A DNA stretch of 64,000 bases from Octopus bimaculoides (GCF_001194135.2 NC_069003.1:22942035-23006034), one strand, 5' to 3'. Shown: positions 48,040-60,197, numbered from the stretch's first letter. Numbers and translations are program-made. Notes: generated by a model not told the origin, from the letters alone.

Positions 48040-49046
48040 AAGACGTAAAGTACATAGTGAGGGGTCGGGCATATGGAACAATAGAGGCCAGATTTGAGAC
48101 GGCCAAAAAAACCCAAGAGCACTCTGTGAGTTCCCTAAAAACGACGGCAATGCTGGCAATAGGAGTTCCAACGCGGATTTTTATAGCGGGTTAGTGGGAT
48201 TTAGGTCCGAAGCCGCCTTGGGGGACACCCTGGGCTACGAGGAAAATCAGTTGACCAACCTGTTCAGGAGAACTTTCGGGCCGGGGTATCTGGACAATTA
48301 CCAGAAATCCCTGGCTTGGCAGTGCTTCCATGCGGCTTTACCTGTTCGTGATAAACTGTCAAGGTACGGAAGTGCCGTATTCGACATGTACGAAGTGCGA
48401 GCGGGACAGGGAAACTGTCTTGCACGCATTTGTGGAATGTCCGGAATTAACGAGATTGATAGTTTTCGGAGAACAACTGTTGTCATCGATGGGAAGAGTA
48501 CAGCTATCAGCTGAATCTATCATCGAGATTATGCCGCCTCCTTCTCTCAACAGGGAAAGGAAGGCTTGCTTGTCCTGCGTAGTAGCCATACTAAAAGAAA
48601 CAGTATGGAAGACGCGTGTAAGAGGCATAGTGACGGATACCTTTGTATCTGGCCAGGGGTTGGTTAACTTTTTTTGTTACCACCTCAGTAGTGAGACCAG
48701 GCTGGAGAAGAGGTACTTGTCACGAGACAGATTCATGAGAAGATGGAAGACTGTGGCGAGGAAGCTGGGAGTGTTTCGCACCAGGTAAGTGGAAGCAAAA
48801 AACAAAGGAAAGAAAAACCAAGGGGTCTACCCTGGTGGTCGGATGCCTATCCTTCAGGAAAGCCATTACAAATTGCATCTGTAATGAGCAATGCTTTAAT
48901 CAAACATTATAAATATAATCAAATTATTATTGTATTTTTAAATCGTTGATTTTTTAATCGCTACAGCTACTTCACCCCTTTTATGTTTGTCTGTCCTTGT
49001 TCGTCCTCTCTTTGTAATGCTTTTATGGCAAATATTTAAGAAATAA
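48040..49046 (+). mobile_element. Tx1/L1-clade LINE 3' portion (zf-RVT region + 3' UTR)
   Basis: LDNYQKSLAWQCFHAALPVRDKLSRYG..CTKCERDRETVLHAFVECP, the L1-type CCHC/zf-RVT motif. Stop at 48788, then a UTR ending ..AAGAAATAA. Confidence 0.85.
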
Positions 49047-49048
49047 AG

Positions 49049-49432
49049 TAGCTTGCTTACCAACCACATTGTTCCGGGTTCAGTCCCACTGCGTGGCACC
49101 TTGAACAAATGTCTTCTACTATAGCCTCGGGCCGACCAAAGCCTTGTGAGTGGATTTGGTAGACGGAGACACAAAGAAGCCCGTCGTATATTTGTATTTA
49201 TATATGTGTGTATGTGTGTGTATATGTTTGTGTGTCTGTGTTTGTCCCCCCAACATCGCTTGACAACCGATGCTGGTGTGTTTACGTCCCCGTGACTTAG
49301 CGGTTCGGCAAATAAGACCGATAGAAGAAGTACTAGGCTTAGAAAGAATAAGTCCTGGGGTCGATTTGCTCGACTAACGGCAGTGCTCCAGCATGGCCAT
49401 AGTCAAATGACTGAAACAAGTAAAAGAGTAAC
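49049..49432 (+). mobile_element. SINE family A, slightly 5'-truncated
   Basis: Starts at GTAGCTTGCTTACCAACCAC with a full tail. Confidence 0.93.
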
Positions 49433-49474
49433 TGTTATTAAGTTATTTAATGTTTTAATAATCACTGGTTACAA

Positions 49475-49690
49475 AGCGCTGAACTGGCGGAATCGTTGGT
49501 GCACAGGGCAAAATGCTTAGCAGTATTTCGTCTGTCTTTACGTTCTGAGTTCAAATTCCGCCGAGGTCGACTTTGCTTTTCATCCTTTTGGGGTCGATAA
49601 AATAAGTACCAGTTGAATACTGGAGTCGACATAATCGACTAACTCTTTCATCCGAAATTGCTGGCCTTGTGCCAAAATTTGAAACCAATA
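49475..49690 (+). mobile_element. SINE family B
   Basis: Full head, core and tail (GGCCTTGTGCCAAAATTTGAAACCAAT). Confidence 0.9.
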
Positions 49691-49714
49691 ATCACTAATT
49701 ACAGAGTTATTTAA

Positions 49715-49935
49715 CACGGAGTGGAGCGTACAATTTCCAGCAAGTCAGAACGCCTTATGGTCCCAGCAAGTAAAATGGAAAAGGCGTTGGAACAGCCACT
49801 TCGACTCACAGGGCTCGCACTTGCGGATAGCCATCTTTACCCCGATAGCGGTGAGCAGGGATATGGTCCAGGGGGCCAAGAACGCCGAAGGTCTCCGCTG
49901 CCACAGGCTCGATCATGAACCTGTACAAAGAATAT
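49715..49935 (-). mobile_element. CRE-like non-LTR retrotransposon, C-terminal REL endonuclease fragment
   Basis: Minus-strand YRFMIEPVAAETFGVLGPWTISLLTAIGVKMAIRKCEPCESKWLFQRL matches FxPxAxETxGxWG..LxxIGxRL..E..WLxQRL of CRE-type REL domains. Confidence 0.65.
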
Positions 49936-50239
49936 CATCAACGTTATCGCAACCACCACCATCGTGTTACTATTAACAACAAACAAAAATATAACAACGA
50001 GGAAAAGAGGAATGAGGAAACCCTTCTATGGTTGCACGACCTGCTAGTAAATAGAGCCTAATTCATCTCAAATGACACCCTGCTATCTTAAAGAGAGAGA
50101 GGGAGAGTGTGTGTGTGTGTGTGTGTGTGTAATTTTAATAATATTCCTGGAGTATATTTTGCTGAAAATACGATGGGCTTTTACTGCTGGAACGCTTTCG
50201 CCTTGGTGTAACCTACGGCTAAACGACTGAAGCAATAGC

Positions 50240-50390
50240 AATCACAATGGCGAAGACAATAGCAACGACATTCACAATAGCAGCAACAACAAAAGTAAAA
50301 ATAGCATCAGCAACAACACCACCACCAACAACAACAATAACAACAGCAACACTACTACCACCACCAACAGCAACAGCGACGACACGACGA
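50240..50390. repeat. Degenerate (ACA/GCA/ACC)n trinucleotide tract
   Basis: Direct observation. Confidence 0.8.
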
Positions 50391-50609
50391 ACTCTTAGTG
50401 TTCTCGTGAAGTCCCAATCGGTCACAGTAAAGGGGATTGCAATATAATTTAAAATACCAAAAGCGTTGCAACTGCAGTTATAGAATATTGTAAATGAGTT
50501 CGTCTGTTATTCTCAGTCAAAAAGCAATTAATATACGAATGTTCATTATAAAAGCGGGACGCCGTGTTTATTCTTAGTTGAAATCACTTTACATTTTTTG
50601 GCGTCTTTA

Positions 50610-51315
50610 AAATTGATTTCAAATTTTGGCACAAGGCCAGCAATTACGGGGCCGTGGGTAAGTCGATTACATCAACCCCCAGACCTCAACTGATATCTAT
50701 TTTATTGACTCCAAGAGGATGAAAGGTAAAGACGTATCCCGAGAGGATAAAAGGTTGAGTCGACCTCGGCAGAATTTGAATTCAGAACGTAAAAACGGAC
50801 GAAATGTCGCCAAGCATTTTACCCAACATGCTAACGATTGTGCCAGCTCACAGCCATGTTATGCCTTTAATATTCATGTGAAAAGTTCGTTAGCACGCCG
50901 GGGAAAAATGTTTAGAAGCATTTCGTCCGTCTTTACGGTCTGTGTTCAAATTCTGCCGAGATCGACTCTACCTTTTATCCTTTCGGGGTACGTAAGAACC
51001 AGTTGAGCATTGGGATCGATGTAATCGACTGGTCCCTTCTCCCAAATTTTTAGACCTTGCGCCTTTAGTAGAAAGGATTATTATAATTATTATCAAGGCG
51101 GCCAGCTGGCAGAATCGTTAGCACGCCGGTCAAAATGTCCAGCGGCATCTCGTCCGTCTTCGAGTCCCGAGTTCAAATTCAGCCGAGATCTACTCTGCCT
51201 TTCATCTTTTCGGAGTCGATGAAATAAGAACCAGTTGAGCACTGGGATCGATGTAATAGAATTACCCTCTCTCTCGAATTTGCTGGCCTTGTTCCAAAAT
51301 CTGGAACCAATATTC
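50610..51315. mobile_element. Three family-B SINEs (-, +, +)
   Basis: Family-B cores at about 50660-50840 (minus), 50890-51040 and 51095-51310 (plus). Confidence 0.88.
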
Positions 51316-51599
51316 ATGTAAAAAAAGTGTCAATTGCACAAACTTTCTATTTTCCACAAATAGTTTTGTGGTTTAGAAATTCACTTCGTAGCCAAATGGT
51401 TCCAGTTTCAATATCGTACGCAACACCTTGTTTCTTCTTGTAGCCTTTTGCTTAACTAGTACTCGGTGAATGTTATATATCACGTGTGTCCATCAGTAAA
51501 AGTAACATATATATCGATAAAAGAAATACGATTAATTATATGACTGTAGGGAAACACTTAAGAATCTTGTAAATACAATTAGTTCTCTATCTAGCTATC

Positions 51600-51840
51600 T
51601 ATCTTATTTCTTTATTGCCCACAAGGGGCTAAACATAGAGGGGACAAACAAGGACAGACAAAGGGATTAAATCGATTATACCGACCCCAGTGCGTAACTG
51701 GTACTTATTTTATCGACCCCGAAAGGATGAAAGGCAAAGTCGACCTCGGCGGAATTTGAACTCAGAACGTAGCGGCAGATGAAATACCGCTAAACGTTTC
51801 ACTCGGCGTGCTAACCTTTCTGCCAGCTCGCCGCCTTGTC
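51600..51840 (-). mobile_element. SINE family B with tail type 1, full length
   Basis: Minus tail TTTGTCTGTCCTTGTTTGTCCCCTCTATGTTTAGCCCCTTGTGGGCAATAAAGAAATAAG. Confidence 0.92.
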
Positions 51841-52405
51841 TGTCTGTCTGTCTGTCTGTGTCTTTTTGTGAGTGTGTGTGTGTGTGTGTGTGTGCTGAAA
51901 AGCAAAGGAGATAACTCCAATAATATCAGTTAATATAACTTTTGGACAACAAAAATGGGTCAAGATGTACCGTGAAGGAAGTGCTACAGCATGGACGCAA
52001 CTAAATGACTGAAACAAGTAGAAAAGAAAAAGAATAGCTTTGCTTAAACTGCCGAAAAAAAAAAAAATAATCACTTAAGAAGTTTTAAGGGTGAACCATA
52101 CGGAGAAGGGAAGATAGAAACTTCTGAGTTGTAAAACTCATTGAATTATCGATTCGCCGCTTTATTTATACCAGTATTGATTTTTCAGAAAGCCACAGTA
52201 TCCCCACATACAATCTTACTTTTTCTCCATATGCAATTTATGTTCGACAGAGCTAAAACATTAATATAATTAACCTCAAGAAGCAAATCTAACAAAACTG
52301 ACACCCCTACCCCACCAAAAAAAAAAAGAAAAATGTAGTAAAATAAAGGAAAAAATGGTCGAAGCATCGCAATTACGTTCCATGATAACTCATCTTGCTT
52401 TCCAG

Positions 52406-52534
52406 GTGAATGTGCAAACTTGATAACCATAAAGCTAGACACGTTGTTTGTAACAAACGACACGATACAGGACACACAGCGATCGGATAATCCTTGAGCA
52501 GAGACCAATTAAAAATGTTATGCAAGAACAACAG
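52406..52534 (+). other. Candidate host-gene exon (non-coding or 5' UTR/first coding)
   Basis: Acceptor TAACTCATCTTGCTTTCCAG| and donor CAG|GTAAGA around 129 nt of non-repeat sequence. Stops in all frames upstream of ATGs at 52515 and 52520. Confidence 0.35.
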
Positions 52535-52796
52535 GTAAGATCTTGCTCTCGTAGTGGCTGCTGTTTTTATTGTACTTAATGTTATTAATTGGACAGAAGG
52601 GAGGGGGCTGGGTGGGCGGTGAGTAGAAAAGGGGGTGAGTTGAGTTAGAGTTAAGAGTGAAATAGATGATTAACTCGCATCTAGTTCGCTTTCTTATCCA
52701 CCTTTATTTGTAGCAAACATCATAGTATCGGCAAATTTTTACAAAAAAAAAAATATATATCTATATATATCTATATATTCTGCATCATTTCAGGTA

Positions 52797-52798
52797 AG

Positions 52799-52843
<45 letters not shown>

Positions 52844-52912
52844 GTATCTACCTATCTGTCTGTCTGTCTACCTATCTGTTTGTTTGTCTACCTATCTGTC
52901 TGTCTGTCTATT
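52797..52912. repeat. (CTAT)n/(CTGT)n microsatellite
   Basis: Direct observation. Confidence 0.9.
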
Positions 52913-53545
52913 TTCGTCTGATACCCGTTGGTTTCTCAGTCTTTCAATAGATTCTCTCATCTTAACCTGTATCTATGTTATCGTAACCATTTTTTCTAAT
53001 TGATTCCCAGTATAGTACTTTTGAGTAAGGGCTCTAGAATATTATACCCGATTCACTGCAGTCCATATGAGGCTATAGTTTAGTTACACTGATCCACATA
53101 TTAATATGATGCAGCCACATTCATTTGCTGTAGTTCACAGTACGTTATAAAACATATATGATGACATTACAGTTATAAAACATATATGATGACTCTCGAG
53201 TATGCATTGAACAAGCGGAACAATAACTAGTTTCTCGAAAAAATCAAAACGAAAATGTTTTCTAGCAAGGAAAACAGGAAAGATTAAGAAGAGAGAACAA
53301 TATAGGTAACTATCAAGTGAAAAAGAAGAGAATATAACTGGTATATGTGTAATAAAAGCCAGAATTTAAACGCAACAAATTAGACTTTATAAAACATTTA
53401 GTACGGGGCTCTGTAGTCTATAACAACGCCGGTGATAGGTAAACAGAAGCAGATTCGAGATGTTTGAATTGTCACAAAAAAGGAAGGACGAAAAGAAATG
53501 CATGTTAGCAACATTAGTAATTTCTCTCTATATGTACCATTAATA

Positions 53546-53873
53546 GTGGAGGCGCAATGGCCCAGTGGTTAGGGCAGACCGGGCGTTGTGAGTGTTTATT
53601 GAGCGAAAACGCCTAAAGCTCCACGAGGCTCCAGCAGGGGATGGTGGTGAACCCTGCTGTACTCTTTCACCACAACTTTCTCTCACTCTTACTTCCTGTT
53701 TGTGTTGTGCCTGTAATTCAAAGATTCAGCCTTGTCACATTGTGTCACGCTGAATATCCCCGAGAACTACGTTAAGGGTACACGTGTCTGTGGAGGGCTC
53801 AGCTACTTGCACGTTAATTTCACGAGCATGCTGTTCCGTTGATCGGATCAACTGGAACCCTCGACGTCGTAAG
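53546..53873 (+). mobile_element. SINE family C with internal deletion of box B region
   Basis: ..TTAGGGCAG joined directly to ACCGGGCGTTGTGAG via CAG microhomology. Confidence 0.88.
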
Positions 53874-54039
53874 AATTTTAGTTTCAAAAATAATTTATAT
53901 TACTGTTCTTTCTATCATCTGTAGGATGTAAGTCATAGCCAAATGGTAGTTGAAATTATAGTTAATGTATACACCCTAGGAAAGTAGAGGTGTATTACTA
54001 CCCATTTCTAGCGAGTAGGAAAGAAACCCCGCGTTCTCA

Positions 54040-54945
54040 TAATTCTTTTCTACTCTATGCACAAGGCCCGAAATTTTTGGTGAGGGGGCCAGTCGATTAG
54101 ATCGACGCCAGTATGAAACTGGTACTTAATTTATCGACCCCGAAAGGATGAAAGGCAAAGTCGACCTCGGCGGAATTTGAACTCAGAACATAAAGACAAT
54201 GAAATACTGCTAAGCATTTCGCCCGGCGTGGTAATGATTCTCCCAGCTCATCGCTTTTTCGCGTTCTCATAATTGTTGGTGATATTAATGTTAATGTTAA
54301 GGTGGCGAGCTGGCAGAATGGTTAGCACGCCGGGAAAATTGCTTAGCGGCATTTCGTCTGCCTTCACGATCTGAGTTCAAATTCCATCGAGTTCAAACTT
54401 GCCTTTCATCCTTTTGGGGTCAATAAAATAAGTACCAGTTGAATACTGAGGTCGATATAATTGACTATCCCTCTCCAAATTTCAGGCTTGTGCCTATAAT
54501 AGAAAGGATATTAATATTAATGTTTGAAGAAGGGCGCGGGCTGGAAGAATGTTTAGCGCGCCTGGCAAAATGCTTAGCGGCATTTCGTCCGTCTTCACGT
54601 TCTGAGTTCAAATTCCGCCTAGGTCGACTTTACCTTTCATCCTTTCAGGGTCGATAAATCAAGTACCAGTAAAACACTGGGGTGATGTAATCGACTAACC
54701 CTTTCCCCAAAAGTGCTGGCTTCGTACCAAAAATTTGATACCAATATTAATTTTATATATAAGGCGGTGAGCTGGCAGAAACATTAGCACGCCGGGCAAA
54801 ATACTTAGTAAGGTCGACTTTGCCTTTCATCCTTTCAGAGTCGATAAAATAAGTACCAGTTGAGCACCGGAGTCGAGGTAATCGACTTACTCCTCCCCCG
54901 AAATTGCTGGCCTTGTGACAAAATTTGAAACCAATATTAATATTT
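54040..54945. mobile_element. Family-B SINE cluster: one minus copy then three head-to-tail plus copies
   Basis: Heads at about 54300, 54530 and 54762, each preceded by TTAA/AT-rich tail sequence. Confidence 0.9.
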
Positions 54946-54984
54946 GATGCTATTGTGGTTATTGTTATGATCTTTATCGCTGGT

Positions 54985-55535
54985 TATTTAATTTTTAAAA
55001 TCATTATTGCCATTTCACTTCTCGGAGCTCTCCATTTCACTTGCGCCGGCAATTTCCGTAAGAGCGGACAGCAACCTTTTGTCAGGGGTTCCATAGGGTC
55101 TTCTTTCACGATACTTAACATCCAAGAACCAATCTCAAAATCTTCGCTGTCCCCAATAAAGCAATTTTCTGAGCATGTTCTACCCTCATATCAATCCAAT
55201 TTCTCCAACAAATTTCTCAAACCTGGTTGTTATTAATGCTCCCGATGCTCCTACAGCTACTGAGACGACAATTACTTTCTTCATTGCCCACATTCGTGCA
55301 ATCTCATCTTTTAGTGGATTGTCCGTCTCAATCTTTTCCGGTTCTTCATCATCCATTCGTACATCCCAGACATGGCAATATCTATGATCTTGGTTTCCTT
55401 CATCATTTATCAACTACAACATTGTCATGTCTCCGAGCATAAATCACCGAATCACACTGGATTATAAAATCCCACAAGATCTTATACTCCAAATTCTCGG
55501 TGACATCTTCTGGTTATGCTCGTACCATTTCAAAG
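54985..55535 (-). mobile_element. R4/Dong-clade 3' end (REL endonuclease + 3' UTR)
   Basis: PEDVTENLEYKILWDFIIQCDSVIYARRHDNVVVDK..EIARMWAMKKVIVVSVAVGASGA..EHAQKIALLGTAKILRLVLGC* is the PD-(D/E)xK domain of R4. Confidence 0.88.
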
Positions 55536-55559
55536 TCCTTCATTATTATCATTATTATT

Positions 55560-55800
55560 GAGTGAGAGAGCAACGCATGTCATAAAATGACACTGAAGTA
55601 CAAATATACGAAGCCCAGTATACCCATCATAAATACCCGTCTAATAAGGGTACACCAGACACATGCATCACAACCATATGTGTGTGACGTGGTGATCTCA
55701 TATCAAGATAAACAGCGCATGACCTTGCAGGTGGGGCACTGATAGTATTTTCTTCTGGCCTAGTAGCCCATCCCGTTTAAAAGGTCCCCGATTAAGGGGA
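55560..55800 (+). repeat. Unclassified interspersed repeat (probable LINE-associated)
   Basis: GAGAGAGCAACGCATG..ATACGAAGCCCAGTATACCCATC..CATGACCTTGCAGGTGGGGC is recognised only from recall of Octopus repeats. Single copy in this window. Confidence 0.4.
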
Positions 55801-55956
55801 CATACCAAATTTCGAACCCGTTGAAAGAACGCGAGATACCGAAATATTGTGTTCAGCAAATTTAATTATTGAACTCTTCTTCTTTATTTACATATTCCCT
55901 CCAGAGGAGTCATAACTGTCCTATATTGTCTATTATTATTATTATTATTATTATTA

Positions 55957-56300
55957 AGGCGGTGAGCTGGCTGAATATTTAGCAGTATTTCATCCGTCTT
56001 CCCGTTCTGAGGTTCAAATTCCATCGAGGGCCACTTTGCTTTTCATTCTTTCGAGGTCGATAAAATAAGTATCACTTGAGGACTGGGGTCGATCTAATCG
56101 ACCTATACCTTCCTCGAAATTCCTGGCCTTGAGCCAAAACTTGAAAGCGTTATTATTAGTATTAGGGTGGCGAGCTGGCAGAATCGCTAGCATGCCGGCC
56201 AAAATACTTAGCGGCATTTCGTCTGTCTTTATGTTCTGATTTCAAATTCCACCGAGGTCGAATTTGACTTTCATCTTTTCGGGATCAATAGATTAAGTAC
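55957..56300 (+). mobile_element. Two head-to-tail family-B SINEs after (TTA)n
   Basis: ATTATTATTAAGGCGGTGAGCTGG and TTAGTATTAGGGTGGCGAGCTGG heads. Confidence 0.88.
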
Positions 56301-56329
56301 CAAATGAAATAACGGCCGACATACAACAG

Positions 56330-58415
56330 ATCGCGCGGTCCAAGCATTATATAGGCATTTCAGTGTTCTTTAAGAATGAAGCCCTGGTCGGAAAACACTC
56401 CATGGTTCCCTGTCGGAGTGATAAGTATTTTCTACAGCCATCAAATTTGGAAAGGACGGTGAGAGTTAAGATCTCAGGGATCTGACCAGAGATGAATATC
56501 TGGTGGATTTTATCATGCATCGTCCTAGAAGGAAGTAGCAGCCTCCTGGAGGTAGAACAAACCCGTCGTGGAAAATGTCTTGGATTTGTGTGGAGGTGCT
56601 ACTCCAAATCAAACCTGACAACACCCACAAGATCCCAGATCTTATTCTGTGTGGGGATACAAGCCATTTGAGAGCTTTCTGCCCTCAGCAGAAGACAGAG
56701 AACCACAGGACCTCCTTACTGCTAACATCAGGCCCCTCAAAATCAGAACAACAAAACCAACAGCCAACAGCATCGGTAGCGGCACCAATCCCGGCGGTAA
56801 GATCAACATCAACAACAGGGACAGCAAAACCAGCAATAGCTGGAGCAACAGCAACAACAGCAGCACCAACAACACCACCACCACCTTCGATTGCAGAAAG
56901 AAAAACAACGGACTCCAGAAAGCCCCAGAGACTTTCCGAACAAAGCTCTTCCCCGATGGGCCCGGATGGCGTAGGTGCAACGTGGCAACAAAGCCTCAGT
57001 TCAGTCTTTGACGGGCCGGACAGGCTCTTGCTATTCGAACCAAAGAGATATGTGCGGATGCTCAGTGTCATTTTGCTGAACTATATAGGGCACGCGGTGA
57101 TTCGAAGATGAGGATGAATTTCACCTCCTACCTCGGCGGCCTGGTGTGGCTTTCGGCTAAGGATGCGGAATTTTGCGAAATGCTAATAGCCGACGACATA
57201 CGGGACGCGATGACTAGCTGCGCAAGCGAGAAGTCACCAGGGCTGGATCACCTGCCTTTCGTGCTTTATATTCATGCGTCAAACTTGTTCGGCGCTTCCT
57301 TGGCAGAGGCCAACTGCAACTTGTAACAGAACGGGAGAATTAGCAGTTTTGTGATCAGAAGTGTAGTGTTACTGTTGAGAAAGGGCCCGAACAAGAAGAA
57401 ATATATCGATAATTTTAGGCATGTAACACTGCTAAATACAGATTCAAAAATTTTGGCTAAGATGTTAGCAAAGTGGTTGGCGTTTGTCGTTGATAGACAG
57501 GTCGGTGATGTGCAAACATACGCTATCTCAAAAAGATCTATCCGCGACAACCTCCACTTCAAGCGTTTCATCATAGAGAGAATAGGTAAGGAATCTGGGA
57601 TAGATGGGGCCCTGATTAATATGGATCAAGTAAAAGCCTTCGATAGGGTTGACCATCAATACTTGGTGGCTTTTCTCACAGCGGCAGGTCTCGTTTTCAG
57701 CGGCTGATCACTGCAACGTGGTCAAAGTAAATGGCAACCTATCGGAATCGTTTAGTATCGCACATTCGATCAAGGATGCCCAGTTTTTCCCCTTCTGTAC
57801 TTGCTGGTTCTCGCACTATGGAAACTGGATCTTTCGTGGGTCATCCTGTGTGAACGAAGATGCAGAAGAATCGTGCCAGCTTATGCGGACGACGCCACCA
57901 TAATAGTGTCGGACATCTTGGAAATCGAGCGACACTACTCTAAGGGAACACGAGGCGGTGATAGGAGCAAAGATTAACGAGGAGAAGTCGGTGGGCATGT
58001 AGCAAGGCATTTGGAAAGACTAGTCCGTACCACATGGCAGAGTCGTGGTGCGCTGAACGGAAGGTTAGGTTAAATTGCTTGGAGTCTGCTTTGGTCCTGA
58101 TATCCGGGTGGACATGAACAGATGGAAGTGACGCGGGGAGTAGAGTGGGTAGTCTCATCCAGTAATGGGTCGAGAGGAAGCTGACCCAGTAAGGTCGGGC
58201 AGAAGTGGAGAATGCGTACATCGCTTCCGTTATCTAATATTGCCTGACAGTCGTCCCATAATCTGCTTCGTAGCTGATCAAGTTGGTACGCTTACTTTTC
58301 TGATTTCTGTGGAACGGACTGGTTCCACTCATCAGCTGTCAGCAGCCGCTGCGTGCTGGACTGGGCGTGCTGTGGCTAATGATATGCAGACATGCGTTGA
58401 GGCGTCTTTCATGTA
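56330..58415 (+). mobile_element. Tx1/L1-clade LINE relic: ORF1 (zinc knuckle) + RT, APE domain missing
   Basis: ORF1 ..CGDTSHLRAFCP. ORF2 KSPGLD..NFRHVTLLNTDSKILAKML..GALINMDQVKAFDRVDHQYL, AYADDATIIV, GLGVLWL. Multiple frameshifts. Confidence 0.9.
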
Positions 58416-59705
58416 CAACTTTTTAACCCAGTTGAACCCTTTGGTCTCATCATCTTTTGAAATGATTGACTTCTTTCATGCATCTCTTCATTCATGTCCA
58501 AGGTTCTTTTCAAAACTGCACTTGGTCGAAATGTTGAATGAGTATTCTGTAAAATCATTCTGTGAATAAAGAACCTTTAGTTTTTGATACACGAATTTCT
58601 CACTCTAAATTTAGTTTACGTCACTTCCGGAATTCAGCAGCAACAAATAACTCAGACTCTGTCTCTATAGGTAGTCTATGGAAAACTAGATTAAAGTCAT
58701 TCATGGCATTCCCTCCTATGGTTTGTTTGGTTCTTCCAGTTTAGCGATACCTTGGTGATTAGAATACGTGACTTAGAATACATGATTAGAATTCGCAATC
58801 CTTGTTGTAAAATCATTTAAAACACTTCCTATAAAAAGGCATCAAAATGAAACATCCTCAGAAGAGACTTCCTACATCTGTAAGTCAAAGTTGTTAAATA
58901 ACAGAATGGCAACATTGGGAGAGCGTTGAGCAAATTAAATATAAATTTTCTCCAGATTAACTTTGTTATTCATCAATCCGGAGTCCATATAATAAGTGTG
59001 ATTTAAATATACATATTTTCTCGCAATTGATTTATAGGATCAAAGGTAGAAATTATGTTTATTTTAATCGATAAAATATATCTGTTTTATCTAGAATCTT
59101 TATGAAACTACTACTATTATTTATCCTCCCCTGCTATTGTGGTAACTGTTAACCTAGCAGGCATTTGCTTATGCTGTGTATATTCAGTGCGTACAAGCAC
59201 TGTATGAGTGTGTGCTTTCTTCAGACATGCCGCCTTAACCAGCTTATATTCAAAGCTGGTTTTTATTATCTTTTGCCGATAGACAACTTATCACCATGGA
59301 GATAATCCATGTTATCACAACATATATTCCCAGTTTTGTATATGCCTCCTCCTTACTCCTAGGTTACAGCTGTTTTATGAAGTACTTAGACCGATTTCCT
59401 GTCCAGTTGATGGTTCTTTGTAAACAAAAATTATTAAAACCAGATAATACAATATATTTAATTACTTGCTCATAGTATTATATTTTTCTATTTACGTGGT
59501 TGTAAAACTACTTAAGAAATTCGAATAAACTGGCAACAAAACGGTATATAAGCTGAATACAGAAAACCTTGATCGTAAAATTTTTAAAAGTATATTCCAT
59601 ATTTTTTCTTCATTAATTTTGCTTTCGTTCTGTTATAGTTGTTGTTAGATGATAATGATTGACAATAACACTAATGTGTTCATATTGATATCAAATTTTC
59701 GCACA

Positions 59706-59876
59706 AGGCGCAAGAGTGGCTGTGTGGTAAGTAGCTTGCTTACCAACCACATGGTTCTGGGTTTATTCCTACTGCGTGGCACCTTGGGCAAGTGTCTTCT
59801 ACTATAGCCTAGGGCCGACCAAAGCCTTGTGAGTGGATTTGGTAGACGGAAACTGAAAAGAAGGCCGTTGTATATA

Positions 59877-59924
<48 letters not shown>

Positions 59925-60137
59925 TGTGTGTATATGTTTGTGTGTCTGTGTTTGTCCCCCCAGCATCGCTTGAAAACCGATGCTGGTGTGTTTACGTCCC
60001 TGTATACTTAGCGGTTCGGCTAAAGAGACCGATAGAATAAGTACTAAGCTTACACAAAATAAGTCCTGGGGTCGATTTGCTCGAACAAAGGCGGTGCTCC
60101 AGCATGGCCGCAGTCAAATGACTGAAACAAGTAAAAA
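59706..60137 (+). mobile_element. SINE family A, full length
   Basis: GGCGCAAGAGTGGCTGTGTGGTAAG...AAATGACTGAAACAAGTAAAAAG. Confidence 0.93.
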
Positions 60138-60138
60138 G

Positions 60139-60173
<35 letters not shown>

Positions 60174-60197
60174 GTGTATGTATGTATGTATGTATGT

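Noticed and set aside
59130-59420. Hydrophobic GPCR-TM-like peptides on the minus strand
   Set aside because: Short, interrupted by stops, in different frames and in the wrong order.
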